DNA of 26,786 nucleotides from a virus: UHGV virus genome UHGV-0243142; one strand, 5' to 3'. Shown piece by piece: positions 1 to 7,472 of this stretch (position 1 is its first letter; each line of letters starts with the position of its first letter). The notes under the pieces were generated by a model. It saw only the letters and a program-made list of their open reading frames with translations, ran no database searches and was not told where the DNA came from. The position numbers and the translations under genes were made by a program.

Positions 1-333
1 AACAAGGGGCCGCTGGCCGGTCGTCACCTCATTAGCGCTGATGGTCGTAAATACCAGAGCGCTGCCTGCGTGGCGATCATTGAGCAATTACGACGTCTCC
101 CGAAGCCATCGACTGAACTGGCAGCGGTAGAAATCACTCTGTACCCGCCGGATGCGCGCCGTCGGGATATCGATAATTACAACAAAGCCCTGTTTGACGC
201 GCTGACGCATGCGGGTGTCTGGGAAGACGACAGCCAGATTAAGCGCATGCTGGTGGAATGGGGACCCGTTGTGCCGAAAGGTCGGGTAGAGATAACGATC
301 AGCAGATATGAACCGGCGGGTGCAGCCGCCTGA
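1..333 (+). CDS. rusA: Holliday-junction resolvase RusA, 5'-truncated by the window edge
   Basis: Frame-1 ORF open from base 1 to the stop at 331-333. Translation contains YPPDARRRDIDNYNKALFDALTHAGVWEDD, which matches the RusA catalytic region (E. coli RusA: [30 protein letters not shown], from memory). Confidence 0.85.
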   Translation, partial: NKGPLAGRHLISADGRKYQSAACVAIIEQLRRLPKPSTELAAVEITLYPPDARRRDIDNYNKALFDALTHAGVWEDDSQIKRMLVEWGPVVPKGRVEITISRYEPAGAAA

Positions 334-346
334 TATGGAGAAAAGT

Positions 347-1033
347 ATGAGCCAGTTAATCGTGAATGGTGTAGTAACAATGTCCAGCCGTGATATTGCG
401 GATCTGGTTCAGAGTAAACACAGTGACGTGAAACGCTCGGCTGAGCGTCTTGTTGCTGCGGGAATTTTAACCGCGCCATTGGCGCAGTTCGATTTTGAGC
501 ATAACGGTAATGTGTACCAGGAGTATCGTTTTAACAAACGCGACTCTCTGGTGATTGTTGCCAGATTATCACCTGAATTTACCGCCGCGGTCGTCGATCG
601 CTGGCAGGAACTGGAAGAAGGACAGAGTGTCAGTGTTCCGCGCTCATTACCGGAAGCGCTTCGCCTGGCTGCTGATTTAGCCGAGCAGAAAGAGCAACTG
701 ACGATCCAGCTGGCAGCCGCGGCGCCAAAAGTGGAGTTTGTTGATCGTTATTGCTCTGCAAAAGGCTCCATGTCATTCCGGCAGGTATCCAAATTGCTTA
801 ACGCAAAAGAAACTGAGTTTCGTCTGTTCCTTATTGAACGCAATATCCTGTATCGCCTCGGCGGCACACTTACCCCCATGGCGCAGCACATTTCCGCGGG
901 AAGATTTGAAGTTAAGACGGGAACATCGAGCACATCCAATCACGCATTCAGCCAGACGCGTTTCACTGCCAAGGGAGTACGCTGGATTGGTGGTTTGTGG
1001 GCTGAACATATTGCAGGAGGGCAGGCGGCGTGA
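347..1033 (+). CDS. Phage antirepressor / regulatory protein (Rha-type N-terminus, KilAC-type C-terminus)
   Basis: ORF with GGAG 6 nt upstream of ATG 347. N-terminus MSQLIVNGVVTMSSRDIADLVQSKHSDVKRSAERL resembles phage Rha regulatory proteins. C-terminal half (VEFVDRYCSAKGSMSFRQVSKLL...) resembles the KilAC antirepressor domain. Sits in the nin-region position next to rusA. Confidence 0.65.
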   Translation: MSQLIVNGVVTMSSRDIADLVQSKHSDVKRSAERLVAAGILTAPLAQFDFEHNGNVYQEYRFNKRDSLVIVARLSPEFTAAVVDRWQELEEGQSVSVPRSLPEALRLAADLAEQKEQLTIQLAAAAPKVEFVDRYCSAKGSMSFRQVSKLLNAKETEFRLFLIERNILYRLGGTLTPMAQHISAGRFEVKTGTSSTSNHAFSQTRFTAKGVRWIGGLWAEHIAGGQAA

Positions 1034-2025
1034 GGGCTTTGTTAAATCCTGAAGTAGCCCATCGCATGGGGATTGTGTTGTTTCGTCCCGGCGCGGAACT
1101 GATGCACCTCTTCATGCGCGGTCGCGTCCTTCTCGAACCTGAACCAGAAGAAATGGCGTCATTCAGTACAGGGGCTGTTCCCGCAGCCATTCAGCCGCTG
1201 GCTGATGATCCGGTAATGCGGCAGGTCTTCGGGAATGAGCGGGTTATTCAGCGTGCCGGCGGGCTTCCTTCCCTTGAGCAGTGGCTGAGTTCGCGGTTTG
1301 AATGCCAGTGGCCCCATTCATCGTGGCACGACAAGAACTTCACAACAATGCGGCACGAGCCTGGAAGCATTCGCCTGTGCTGGCATTGCGATCACACTTT
1401 GTCCGGGCAGCATACAGAACAGCTTGCAGGTATAGCGGCCGGTAACCTGGTATCCTGGATTCTGGAAGTCATTCTTCGCGATTCTGGTTTTCCCGAGTCG
1501 CATGTACTTACGTTGCCGGAACTGTGCTGGTGGCTGGTCAGGAACGACCTAGCTGATGTTATACCGGAAAGCATCGCGCACAAGGGGTTACGGCTACCGG
1601 ATGAGAAGATCTGCTCTGTCATGAGGGAAAGCGACATTGTGCCTTCCGCGTCAGCAACCAGACTTGTGCAGGAGAAGGCGAAGAAGATCCTCACGCTCTC
1701 TGTTGATCCGGAGTCGCCAGAGTCTTTCATGCTCAGGCCAAAACGTCGCCGCTGGGTAAATGAGACGTACACCCGCTGGGTTAAAACACAACCCTGTGAG
1801 TGTTGCCGACGGCCAGCAGATGATCCGCACCATATCGTAGGGCACGGTATGGGGGGGACAGCAACAAAAGCCCATGACCTCTTCGTGATCCCTCTGTGCA
1901 GAGAGTGCCACGACGAGTTACACGCCGATGTGTCAGCATTCGAGCAGAAGCATGGTACGCAGCTTGAGCTGCTACTGCGTTTTATGGATCGGGCGCTGGC
2001 GATCGGCGTAATTGCGAAAGCTTAA
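1030..2025 (+). CDS. DUF968-like protein (E. coli YdfU-like) with C-terminal HNH-type motif
   Basis: GTG start overlaps the upstream stop (GTGA), with GGAGGG about 10 nt upstream. C-terminus CECCRRPADDPHHIVGHGMGG...LCRECHDELH has the Cys pair, His-His and Cys-x2-His arrangement of HNH nucleases. Overall length and rusA-to-Q position match YdfU of the Qin prophage (from memory). Start codon uncertain; ATG 1066 is an alternative. Confidence 0.6.
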   Translation: MRALLNPEVAHRMGIVLFRPGAELMHLFMRGRVLLEPEPEEMASFSTGAVPAAIQPLADDPVMRQVFGNERVIQRAGGLPSLEQWLSSRFECQWPHSSWHDKNFTTMRHEPGSIRLCWHCDHTLSGQHTEQLAGIAAGNLVSWILEVILRDSGFPESHVLTLPELCWWLVRNDLADVIPESIAHKGLRLPDEKICSVMRESDIVPSASATRLVQEKAKKILTLSVDPESPESFMLRPKRRRWVNETYTRWVKTQPCECCRRPADDPHHIVGHGMGGTATKAHDLFVIPLCRECHDELHADVSAFEQKHGTQLELLLRFMDRALAIGVIAKA

Positions 2026-2046
2026 GTGTATGGAGCGCAAAGAAGC

Positions 2047-2736
2047 ATGAATCAACAAGACCTGAATTTTGTAAGAATAGAATTGCGCCGCGCGCTACCT
2101 GACCTCTCTGGGGGAACAAAAGGGCAGCTTGAGGCTTTCAGTGAACACCCACCAGCAGACAAAAATGCCACCCCGCGCCGTGGAATTCATCTCGTCGAAC
2201 TCGAAGGAGAGAGGGGGCCACGCTTTGTTAACTCGCTTTCCGCGCCACTGTATGTACTGGAAACACGCAGCCGCCGCAGGCCAATGCCGCCGATAAAAGA
2301 TGCGGAATTTGAGTCAGCGCCGTGGCGTAGGGCAGTGTCCGCGCTTAGTGGATACCAGCAGGCCTGGTTGCGGTACTGTTACGGTTTTGACCTTAGCTAT
2401 AAGCACCAGGTGATGATGTGTGAATACGTCTGGAAAACTTATCAGAAATGCCTGGGTGATAATTCCCTTCAGGAGCGCGTAGTAAAGAAACTGATTGGCC
2501 TGGTATGGCTGGCAGGGCAGGAAATTGCCGCAACCAGAAATAATGAAACCTATAAAGACTATGCTGGTGCAGCGTTGGCCCGCATGGTTAGCGTTGACCG
2601 TTCGACATGGTTGCGTGTCTATTCAGGGCACTGGGCTGGGTTAAAGGCCGCTTTTACCCAGCTTGATGAATCTGCGTTGGCAATGGCTCTTGAATACTAT
2701 GAGGAAGAAGAAGCCCTCAAAGTGGCAGAAATGTGA
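2047..2736 (+). CDS. Putative late-gene regulator (Q-like antiterminator), start uncertain
   Basis: About 230 aa ORF immediately upstream of a promoter-like region and a strong intrinsic terminator, followed by morons and lysis genes, which is the position of Q in lambdoid phages. No lambda/82-type zinc-finger cysteines, so the family assignment is by position and size only. Alternative start GTG 2026. Confidence 0.45.
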   Translation: MNQQDLNFVRIELRRALPDLSGGTKGQLEAFSEHPPADKNATPRRGIHLVELEGERGPRFVNSLSAPLYVLETRSRRRPMPPIKDAEFESAPWRRAVSALSGYQQAWLRYCYGFDLSYKHQVMMCEYVWKTYQKCLGDNSLQERVVKKLIGLVWLAGQEIAATRNNETYKDYAGAALARMVSVDRSTWLRVYSGHWAGLKAAFTQLDESALAMALEYYEEEEALKVAEM

Positions 2737-2759
2737 AGTAAATTTCACTATCTCCTTCA

Positions 2760-2800
2760 AACGCGCTTGCAAAATGCAACAAAATAAGCCATATTTGAAG
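2760..2800 (+). promoter_or_regulatory. Candidate late promoter (PR'-like) with possible qut region
   Basis: TTGCAA at 2767-2772, a 17 nt spacer, then CATATT at 2790-2795. It lies about 30-60 nt upstream of the intrinsic terminator, as PR' does relative to tR' in lambdoid phages. The -10 match is weak. Confidence 0.25.
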
Positions 2801-2828
2801 CATATTTGATATGTTGCCAAAGTTTTAT

Positions 2829-2855
2829 AAACCCGCCAATGAGCGGGTTTTTTTA
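2829..2855 (+). terminator. Intrinsic terminator (tR'-like) downstream of the Q-like gene
   Basis: Hairpin AAACCCGC (2829-2836) / GCGGGTTT (2843-2850) with loop CAATGA, followed by a T run through 2855. Confidence 0.6.
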
Positions 2856-2976
2856 TGGCAATTTAGCCATGCGCGGCGCATAAAGGCGCTGGTGGTCGCA
2901 GAATGGAATTCTTCTCTTGCTGGTGTCGCCAACCAGAGTTATCTGTATGTCACGCAAATAATTTTAGGTAAAAGAC

Positions 2977-3168
2977 ATGCTAAATCAGGAAGATATGACA
3001 GAAACCGCGAAGGCTGTTTTCAATGAGTTAAGCGATAAACCAGCAACGGCTGGGGAGATTGCACAGAATACCCACCTTAGCCGAGAACGTTGCCAGCTCA
3101 TACTCACACAGCTGGTGATGGCGGGTTTATCTGATTACCAGTTTGGATGTTATAAACGCCTCCAGTAA
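2977..3168 (+). CDS. Small winged-helix DNA-binding protein, PapI/FaeA-like
   Basis: 63 aa ORF (alternative start ATG 2995, preceded by AGGAAG). The segment VFNELSDKPATAGEIAQNTHLSRERCQLILTQLVMAGL parallels the PapI core [37 protein letters not shown] (from memory). Confidence 0.4.
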   Translation: MLNQEDMTETAKAVFNELSDKPATAGEIAQNTHLSRERCQLILTQLVMAGLSDYQFGCYKRLQ

Positions 3169-3318
3169 TGGGGGCATTCTGCTGTGGAAATGGGCGGCTG
3201 GTGGGTGTTAGCGCACCCGGCCAGCCATCAGCTCATGCTTTCAGGTCACAAGCTAACCAAGGCCCACTGCTTTAGCGCAAAAGCAACGTGAGCCTATCAG
3301 AGTTACGCTTACTGATCT

Positions 3319-4371
3319 ATGAAAAATACTGTAAAAATAAACAGTGTTGAATTAATCAACGCTGATAGCCTGCATTACGTCGCCACCCTCCCGGATAACT
3401 CTATTGATCTGATAGTTACGGATCCGCCGTACTTCAAAGTGAAGCCCAACGGCTGGGACAATCAATGGAAGGGGGACGAGGACTACTTACGCTGGCTTGA
3501 TAGCTGTCTGGCTGAGTATGCTCGCGTTCTTAAACCTGCTGGTAGCATTTACCTGTTCTGTGGTCACCGACTGGCCTCAGATATAGAGATTATGATGCGT
3601 GCCCGGTTCAACGTTTTGAATCACATAATTTGGGCAAAACCATCGGGCCGCTGGAATGGATGTAACAAAGAAAGCCTGCGTGCGTACTTTCCATCTACGG
3701 AACGGATTTTGTTTGCTGAGCACTATCTTGGGCCGTACACAGGTAAAGAGGATGTTTACGAAAGGAAAAGCACAGAGCTAAAGCAGCACATTATGACGCC
3801 ACTGATTGATTACTTCCGTAATGCCCGTGAATCACTGGGTGTCAGCTCGAAAGAAATAGCTGAGGCAACCGGAAAGAAAAACATGGCGTCACACTGGTTT
3901 GGTGCAAGCCAATGGCAACTACCAAATGAAGTGGACTATAGAAAGTTGCAGGAACTGTTCACGCGGATCGCTATCGATAAGCACATTGAGCAGAAACTTG
4001 AACATCCTCACCACCAGCTGGTAGCTACCTATCAGTCATTAAACCGCAAGTATTCAGAATTGCTGGAGGAATACAAAACCCTCCGGCGCTGCTTCTCTGT
4101 TTCCGCTCTTGTTCCGTATACCGACGTATGGACGCATAAGCCTGTTCAGTTTTATCCGGGCAAACATCCATGCGAAAAACCTGCCGACATGCTGAAGCAG
4201 ATCATTAGCGCCAGCAGCAGACCAGGGGATATCGTTGCTGATTTTTTTATGGGCTCTGGTTCAACTGTGAAAGCTGCAATAGAACTTGGCCGTCGGGCGA
4301 TCGGGGTAGAACTGGAAGCTGACAGATTTATTCAGACCACCGAAGAGGTGGAAAAACTGAGCAAAACATAA
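3319..4371 (+). CDS. DNA methyltransferase, beta-class amino-MTase (probably N6-adenine)
   Basis: Motif IV DLIVTDPPY lies near the N-terminus and motif I FFMGSGSTVKAAIELGRRAIGVE near the C-terminus, which is the beta-class order seen in CcrM/YhdJ/HinfI-type enzymes. The roughly 150 aa between them would be the target-recognition region. No restriction endonuclease partner is adjacent. Confidence 0.85.
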   Translation: MKNTVKINSVELINADSLHYVATLPDNSIDLIVTDPPYFKVKPNGWDNQWKGDEDYLRWLDSCLAEYARVLKPAGSIYLFCGHRLASDIEIMMRARFNVLNHIIWAKPSGRWNGCNKESLRAYFPSTERILFAEHYLGPYTGKEDVYERKSTELKQHIMTPLIDYFRNARESLGVSSKEIAEATGKKNMASHWFGASQWQLPNEVDYRKLQELFTRIAIDKHIEQKLEHPHHQLVATYQSLNRKYSELLEEYKTLRRCFSVSALVPYTDVWTHKPVQFYPGKHPCEKPADMLKQIISASSRPGDIVADFFMGSGSTVKAAIELGRRAIGVELEADRFIQTTEEVEKLSKT

Positions 4372-4517
4372 TGATCATCACGCCCCTGTGGATGTGGTGA
4401 TCACCATTTTCAGGCACCGGGAATCATCCTTACTTTTATTTGAACAAAAGAGCCCGGTTGCCTGATTCCACATCCCCTCATTTCTGAGAGGAATCACAGC
4501 AATTAAGAGGGGGCTAA

Positions 4518-4904
4518 ATGTCCGATCCGATTTCCGGTACTGGGCTGGCTGGTGGTGTCCTGACGGGCGCCAGCGTCTATGGATTTCTGTCCGGAACTGA
4601 TTACGGCGTGGTGTTTGGCGCGTTTGCCGGAGCTGTATTTTACATTGCAACCACTGCTGACCTGAGTGCAGCGCGCCGTCTGGCATATTTTCTGGTGTCG
4701 TATATCGCGGGGATCCTTTGTTCCGGGCTGGTGGGTTCAAAGTTGGCTCAGGTTACTGGCTACAGTGATAAACCACTGGATGCCATTGGCGCCGTAATCG
4801 TTTCTGCTTTAGCCGTCAAAATCCTGACGTTCCTGAATAATCAGGATGTCGGCTCGCTGGTGGCGCTGATAACGCGCCGGGGAGGTTCAGGTGGTACAAA
4901 ATGA
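4518..4904 (+). CDS. Holin-like membrane protein (about 4 predicted TM segments)
   Basis: AGAGGGGG precedes ATG 4518. Gly/Ala-rich hydrophobic segments LAGGVLTGASVYGFL, VVFGAFAGAVFYIATTA, LAYFLVSYIAGILCSGLVG and AIGAVIVSALAVKILTFL. It is the first gene of the lysis cassette, directly upstream of the endolysin. Confidence 0.5.
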   Translation: MSDPISGTGLAGGVLTGASVYGFLSGTDYGVVFGAFAGAVFYIATTADLSAARRLAYFLVSYIAGILCSGLVGSKLAQVTGYSDKPLDAIGAVIVSALAVKILTFLNNQDVGSLVALITRRGGSGGTK

Positions 4905-5172
4905 CCCATCGGCAACTTTTAATGCATTGCTTTGTGCTGGAGTAGTGTTAACCCTGATGTTTTACCGTCGCGGCGACTCGCGACATCGACCATGGATATC
5001 TCGCCTGGCGTGGCTGCTTACGGTCATCTATAGCGCGGTTCCGCTGGCATATCTGTGCGGTATCTACCCTTATTCATCGTGGGCCACTATCGGGGCCAAC
5101 ATTATTTTCCTGTCTGTGCTGGTCGCCGTCAGAGGCAACGTGGCACGCCTGGTTGATCATCTGAGGCAATAA
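4891..5172 (+). CDS. Second holin/antiholin-like membrane protein (3 TM segments)
   Basis: GTG start with GGGGAGG 6 nt upstream; overlaps the preceding gene. Three hydrophobic segments and a charged C-terminus. Its stop overlaps the endolysin start (TAATG). Confidence 0.5.
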   Translation: MVQNDPSATFNALLCAGVVLTLMFYRRGDSRHRPWISRLAWLLTVIYSAVPLAYLCGIYPYSSWATIGANIIFLSVLVAVRGNVARLVDHLRQ

Positions 5173-5789
5173 TGAACCAATCACAATTTCAGCAGGCGGC
5201 TGGTATCAGCGCCGGGCTTTCTGCACGCTGGTTTCCGCACATTAATGCGGCAATGAAAGAGTTTGGAATCACAGCAGTTAACGATCAGGCCATGTTCATT
5301 GCGCAAGTTGGGCATGAATCTGCTGGTTTTACCTCGCTGGTGGAGAGCTTCAACTACTCGGTAGAAGGGCTAAAGAAAACCTTTGGTAAACGCCTGACAC
5401 CGTATCAGTGTGAAATGCTGGGGCGAGTAGATGGTAAGCAGGTGGCCCACCAGCCGCAAATAGCCAATCTGGTTTATGGTGACCGCATGGGGAATAACAG
5501 CCAGGGTGATGGCTGGAAATATCGTGGTCGTGGCCTGCTTCAAATCACCGGCCGCGAGAACTACGCCAAATGCGGTGCGGCGCTGAAGCTTGATCTGATC
5601 AGCACACCAGAGTTGCTGACACAGGATAAGCATGCAGCCCGTTCTGCTGCATGGTATTTCACATTACGTGGTTGCATGATGTATTCAGGTGATGTTGTCC
5701 GTGTAACGCAGATCATTAACGGTGGCCAGAATGGACTGGCTGACAGAAATAGTCGTTATAACAAAGCGCGGGCGGCGTTGCTGGTATGA
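5172..5789 (+). CDS. Endolysin, glycoside hydrolase family 19 (chitinase-like lysozyme)
   Basis: [22 protein letters not shown] and [15 protein letters not shown] match the GH19 catalytic core found in phage endolysins. The gene sits between the holin-like genes and Rz. Confidence 0.85.
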   Translation: MNQSQFQQAAGISAGLSARWFPHINAAMKEFGITAVNDQAMFIAQVGHESAGFTSLVESFNYSVEGLKKTFGKRLTPYQCEMLGRVDGKQVAHQPQIANLVYGDRMGNNSQGDGWKYRGRGLLQITGRENYAKCGAALKLDLISTPELLTQDKHAARSAAWYFTLRGCMMYSGDVVRVTQIINGGQNGLADRNSRYNKARAALLV

Positions 5790-6313
5790 CAGCGGTTTTT
5801 GCTTTTGTTAAGGCGCGGTGGAAAACAATCATTGTTTTGCTGATGTTGGCTGGTGCATTTCTTGCCGGGAATATCTGGAGTGAGCGGGGCTGGCAAAAGA
5901 AATGGGCTGACCGTAATAGCATGGAATCTTCACAGGAAGCGAACGCGCAAACTGCCGCACGCTGGATTGAACAAGGGCGCATAATTGCCCGTGATGAGGC
6001 TGTAAAAGATGCACAAGCACAAGCCGCTAAATCTGCTGCCACTGCTGCTGGCCTGTCTGCCACTGTTAGCCAGTTGCGCACCGAAGCAACAAAGCTTGCC
6101 GCCCGCCTGGACGCCGCAAAGCACACCTCAGATCTTGCCGCTGCCGTCAGAAGCAAAACAGCCGGAGCCGACGCCGCAGTGCTCGCCGACATGCTCGGAC
6201 GCCTTGCAGAAGAAGCTCGATATTATGCTGAGCGATCTGACGAAAGCTACCGGGCTGGAATGACATGTGAGCGTGTTTACGACTCAGTGAGAGAGTCAAA
6301 CAATAGCAGGTAA
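5786..6313 (+). CDS. Rz: Rz-like inner-membrane spanin (i-spanin)
   Basis: Start overlaps the endolysin stop (ATGA). N-terminal TM segment [14 protein letters not shown] is followed by an Ala/Gln-rich, probably coiled-coil, periplasmic domain. It contains an embedded lipoprotein ORF in another frame. Confidence 0.75.
   Translation: MTAVFAFVKARWKTIIVLLMLAGAFLAGNIWSERGWQKKWADRNSMESSQEANAQTAARWIEQGRIIARDEAVKDAQAQAAKSAATAAGLSATVSQLRTEATKLAARLDAAKHTSDLAAAVRSKTAGADAAVLADMLGRLAEEARYYAERSDESYRAGMTCERVYDSVRESNNSR
6009..6263 (+). CDS. Rz1: Rz1-like outer-membrane lipoprotein spanin (o-spanin), fully embedded in Rz
   Basis: An 84 aa ORF in a different frame lying wholly inside Rz. Signal peptide with lipobox LLASC, then a Pro-rich mature region ([27 protein letters not shown]), as expected for o-spanins. 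Confidence 0.65.
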   Translation: MHKHKPLNLLPLLLACLPLLASCAPKQQSLPPAWTPQSTPQILPLPSEAKQPEPTPQCSPTCSDALQKKLDIMLSDLTKATGLE

Positions 6314-6396
6314 TCTCCGAGAGTAAGGGACAATGCTATGTGATACATCGTGATTATTCGTTAGACTTCTCTTACCGTTAGGGATGAGGTCACCAA

Positions 6397-6741
6397 ATGA
6401 AAATCAGATATGTAATTGCGTTAACATTATCATTGCTCGTTGCCGGTTGTGATAACGCGCCAAAGTTTGATGGTTCAAGCCAGGAGTCACTTCGATACTC
6501 AGCAGAGAAGGTATTCGAACCTTTGTCTGAAGAGAAGAAAGCTGAACTAAAGACAGCTATTATCGATACGCTGAATTACTACGACACCCAGGCAGAGCTA
6601 ACCAACGACAAAAGCTATTCGTCGAATAATATGCGGCTGGTTGTATTAGATGGGAAGACTGCCGATCAGGTTGTTTCTGAGGCAGCCAGCTATCGAGATA
6701 AAAAAGAGAAACTCGAGAAGAAATATTTACATAATCAATGA
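6397..6741 (+). CDS. Lipoprotein of unknown function (moron at the end of the lysis cassette)
   Basis: GAGG lies 7 nt upstream of the ATG. Signal peptide MKIRYVIALTLSLLVAGC with lipobox LVAGC, then a hydrophilic, Lys/Glu-rich mature domain. A strong terminator follows directly. No similarity to Bor recognised. Confidence 0.6.
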   Translation: MKIRYVIALTLSLLVAGCDNAPKFDGSSQESLRYSAEKVFEPLSEEKKAELKTAIIDTLNYYDTQAELTNDKSYSSNNMRLVVLDGKTADQVVSEAASYRDKKEKLEKKYLHNQ

Positions 6742-6745
6742 TAAG

Positions 6746-6768
6746 AGGCCGCATTTAGCGGCCTTTTT
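6746..6768 (+). terminator. Intrinsic terminator after the lipoprotein gene
   Basis: Hairpin AGGCCGC (6746-6752) / GCGGCCT (6758-6764), loop ATTTA, followed by TTTTT. Confidence 0.6.
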
Positions 6769-6799
6769 CATACCTATTAATTGATAATCACTATCATTT

Positions 6800-6860
6800 T
6801 CGCGGGTCCTCCTGGCGATTCTGAACACCGAGGGGGCGAGGACACGCGGAAAACGGCTGG
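6800..6860. other. Putative cohesive-end site (cosQ/cosN-like), with cosB expected between here and the small terminase gene
   Basis: CGGGTCCT-N21-GGGGGCGAGGAC-ACGCGG at 6803-6849 parallels the lambda cos junction CGGGTCCT-N23-GGGCGGCGACCT-CGCGGG (lambda ends recalled from memory). It lies directly upstream of a Nu1-like gene. Predicted cosN is about 6832-6843. Confidence 0.45.
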
Positions 6861-6962
6861 TTTTTTGCATTTTATCGACATCATCATCATTCCCTTAACT
6901 TATTGATATTTCAGTCGTGAAATTATTCACGATGTCGAAATGGTTAAATATTGTTCATCATC

Positions 6963-7469
6963 ATGGATAACGAACTGAAAAACCTTCGCCTCAATATCAA
7001 TCAGCTGGCAGCGGTGACCGATCTTCATCGTCAGACGATCTCCAGCAGGCTGAATAACGTTGAGCCTGCTCCGGGCAGTAATTCTCGTCTCAAGCTTTAT
7101 TCTGTTGTCGATATTCTCCGGGAACTGCTGGGCCGGACCACGGCACCCGAGCTGGTGGATATCGATAAGATGTTACCGCCGGATCGTAAGGCATGGTTTC
7201 AGTCTGAACGCGAGAGGCTGAAATTCCAGCAGGAAACAGGTGAGTTAATCCCGGCATCGACAGTGACCCGAGAATTTTCATCGATGGCAAAAGCCGTCGT
7301 TCAGGTGCTGGAAACGCTGCCGGATATTCTTGAACGTGATTGCGCGATGACGCCTGCAGCTGTCGTTCGGGTGCAAAAAGTCATTGATGACCTGCGGGAT
7401 CAGATCGCCCTGAAGGTTGAGCAGGCAGATACGCCGGAACAGGAGGACAGTTCGCCAGAAGAGGAGTAA
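6963..7469 (+). CDS. Terminase small subunit (lambda Nu1-like)
   Basis: Position directly downstream of cos and upstream of the large terminase. N-terminal HTH-like region NELKNLRLNINQLAAVTDLHRQTISSRL and acidic C-terminus, as in Nu1. Start could instead be ATG 6951. Confidence 0.65.
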   Translation: MDNELKNLRLNINQLAAVTDLHRQTISSRLNNVEPAPGSNSRLKLYSVVDILRELLGRTTAPELVDIDKMLPPDRKAWFQSERERLKFQQETGELIPASTVTREFSSMAKAVVQVLETLPDILERDCAMTPAAVVRVQKVIDDLRDQIALKVEQADTPEQEDSSPEEE

Positions 7470-7472
7470 GCC

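Noticed and set aside
2811-3026. 71 aa + strand ORF between the Q-like gene and the small wHTH gene
   Set aside because: It spans the strong intrinsic terminator hairpin at 2829-2855 and has no RBS; its product is low-complexity. More likely a non-coding leader.
3169-3318. Possible tRNA or small RNA in the gap between the wHTH gene and the methyltransferase gene
   Set aside because: No tRNA-like conserved boxes (GTTCRANYC-type T-loop) or cloverleaf-compatible repeats were seen by eye, although tRNAs do occur at this position in some Stx phages.
4373-4410. Imperfect inverted repeat GATCATCAC...GTGGTGATC after the methyltransferase gene
   Set aside because: The stem has a mismatch and is followed by only a short T tract. 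Too weak to call a terminator with confidence; noted as a possible attenuator only.
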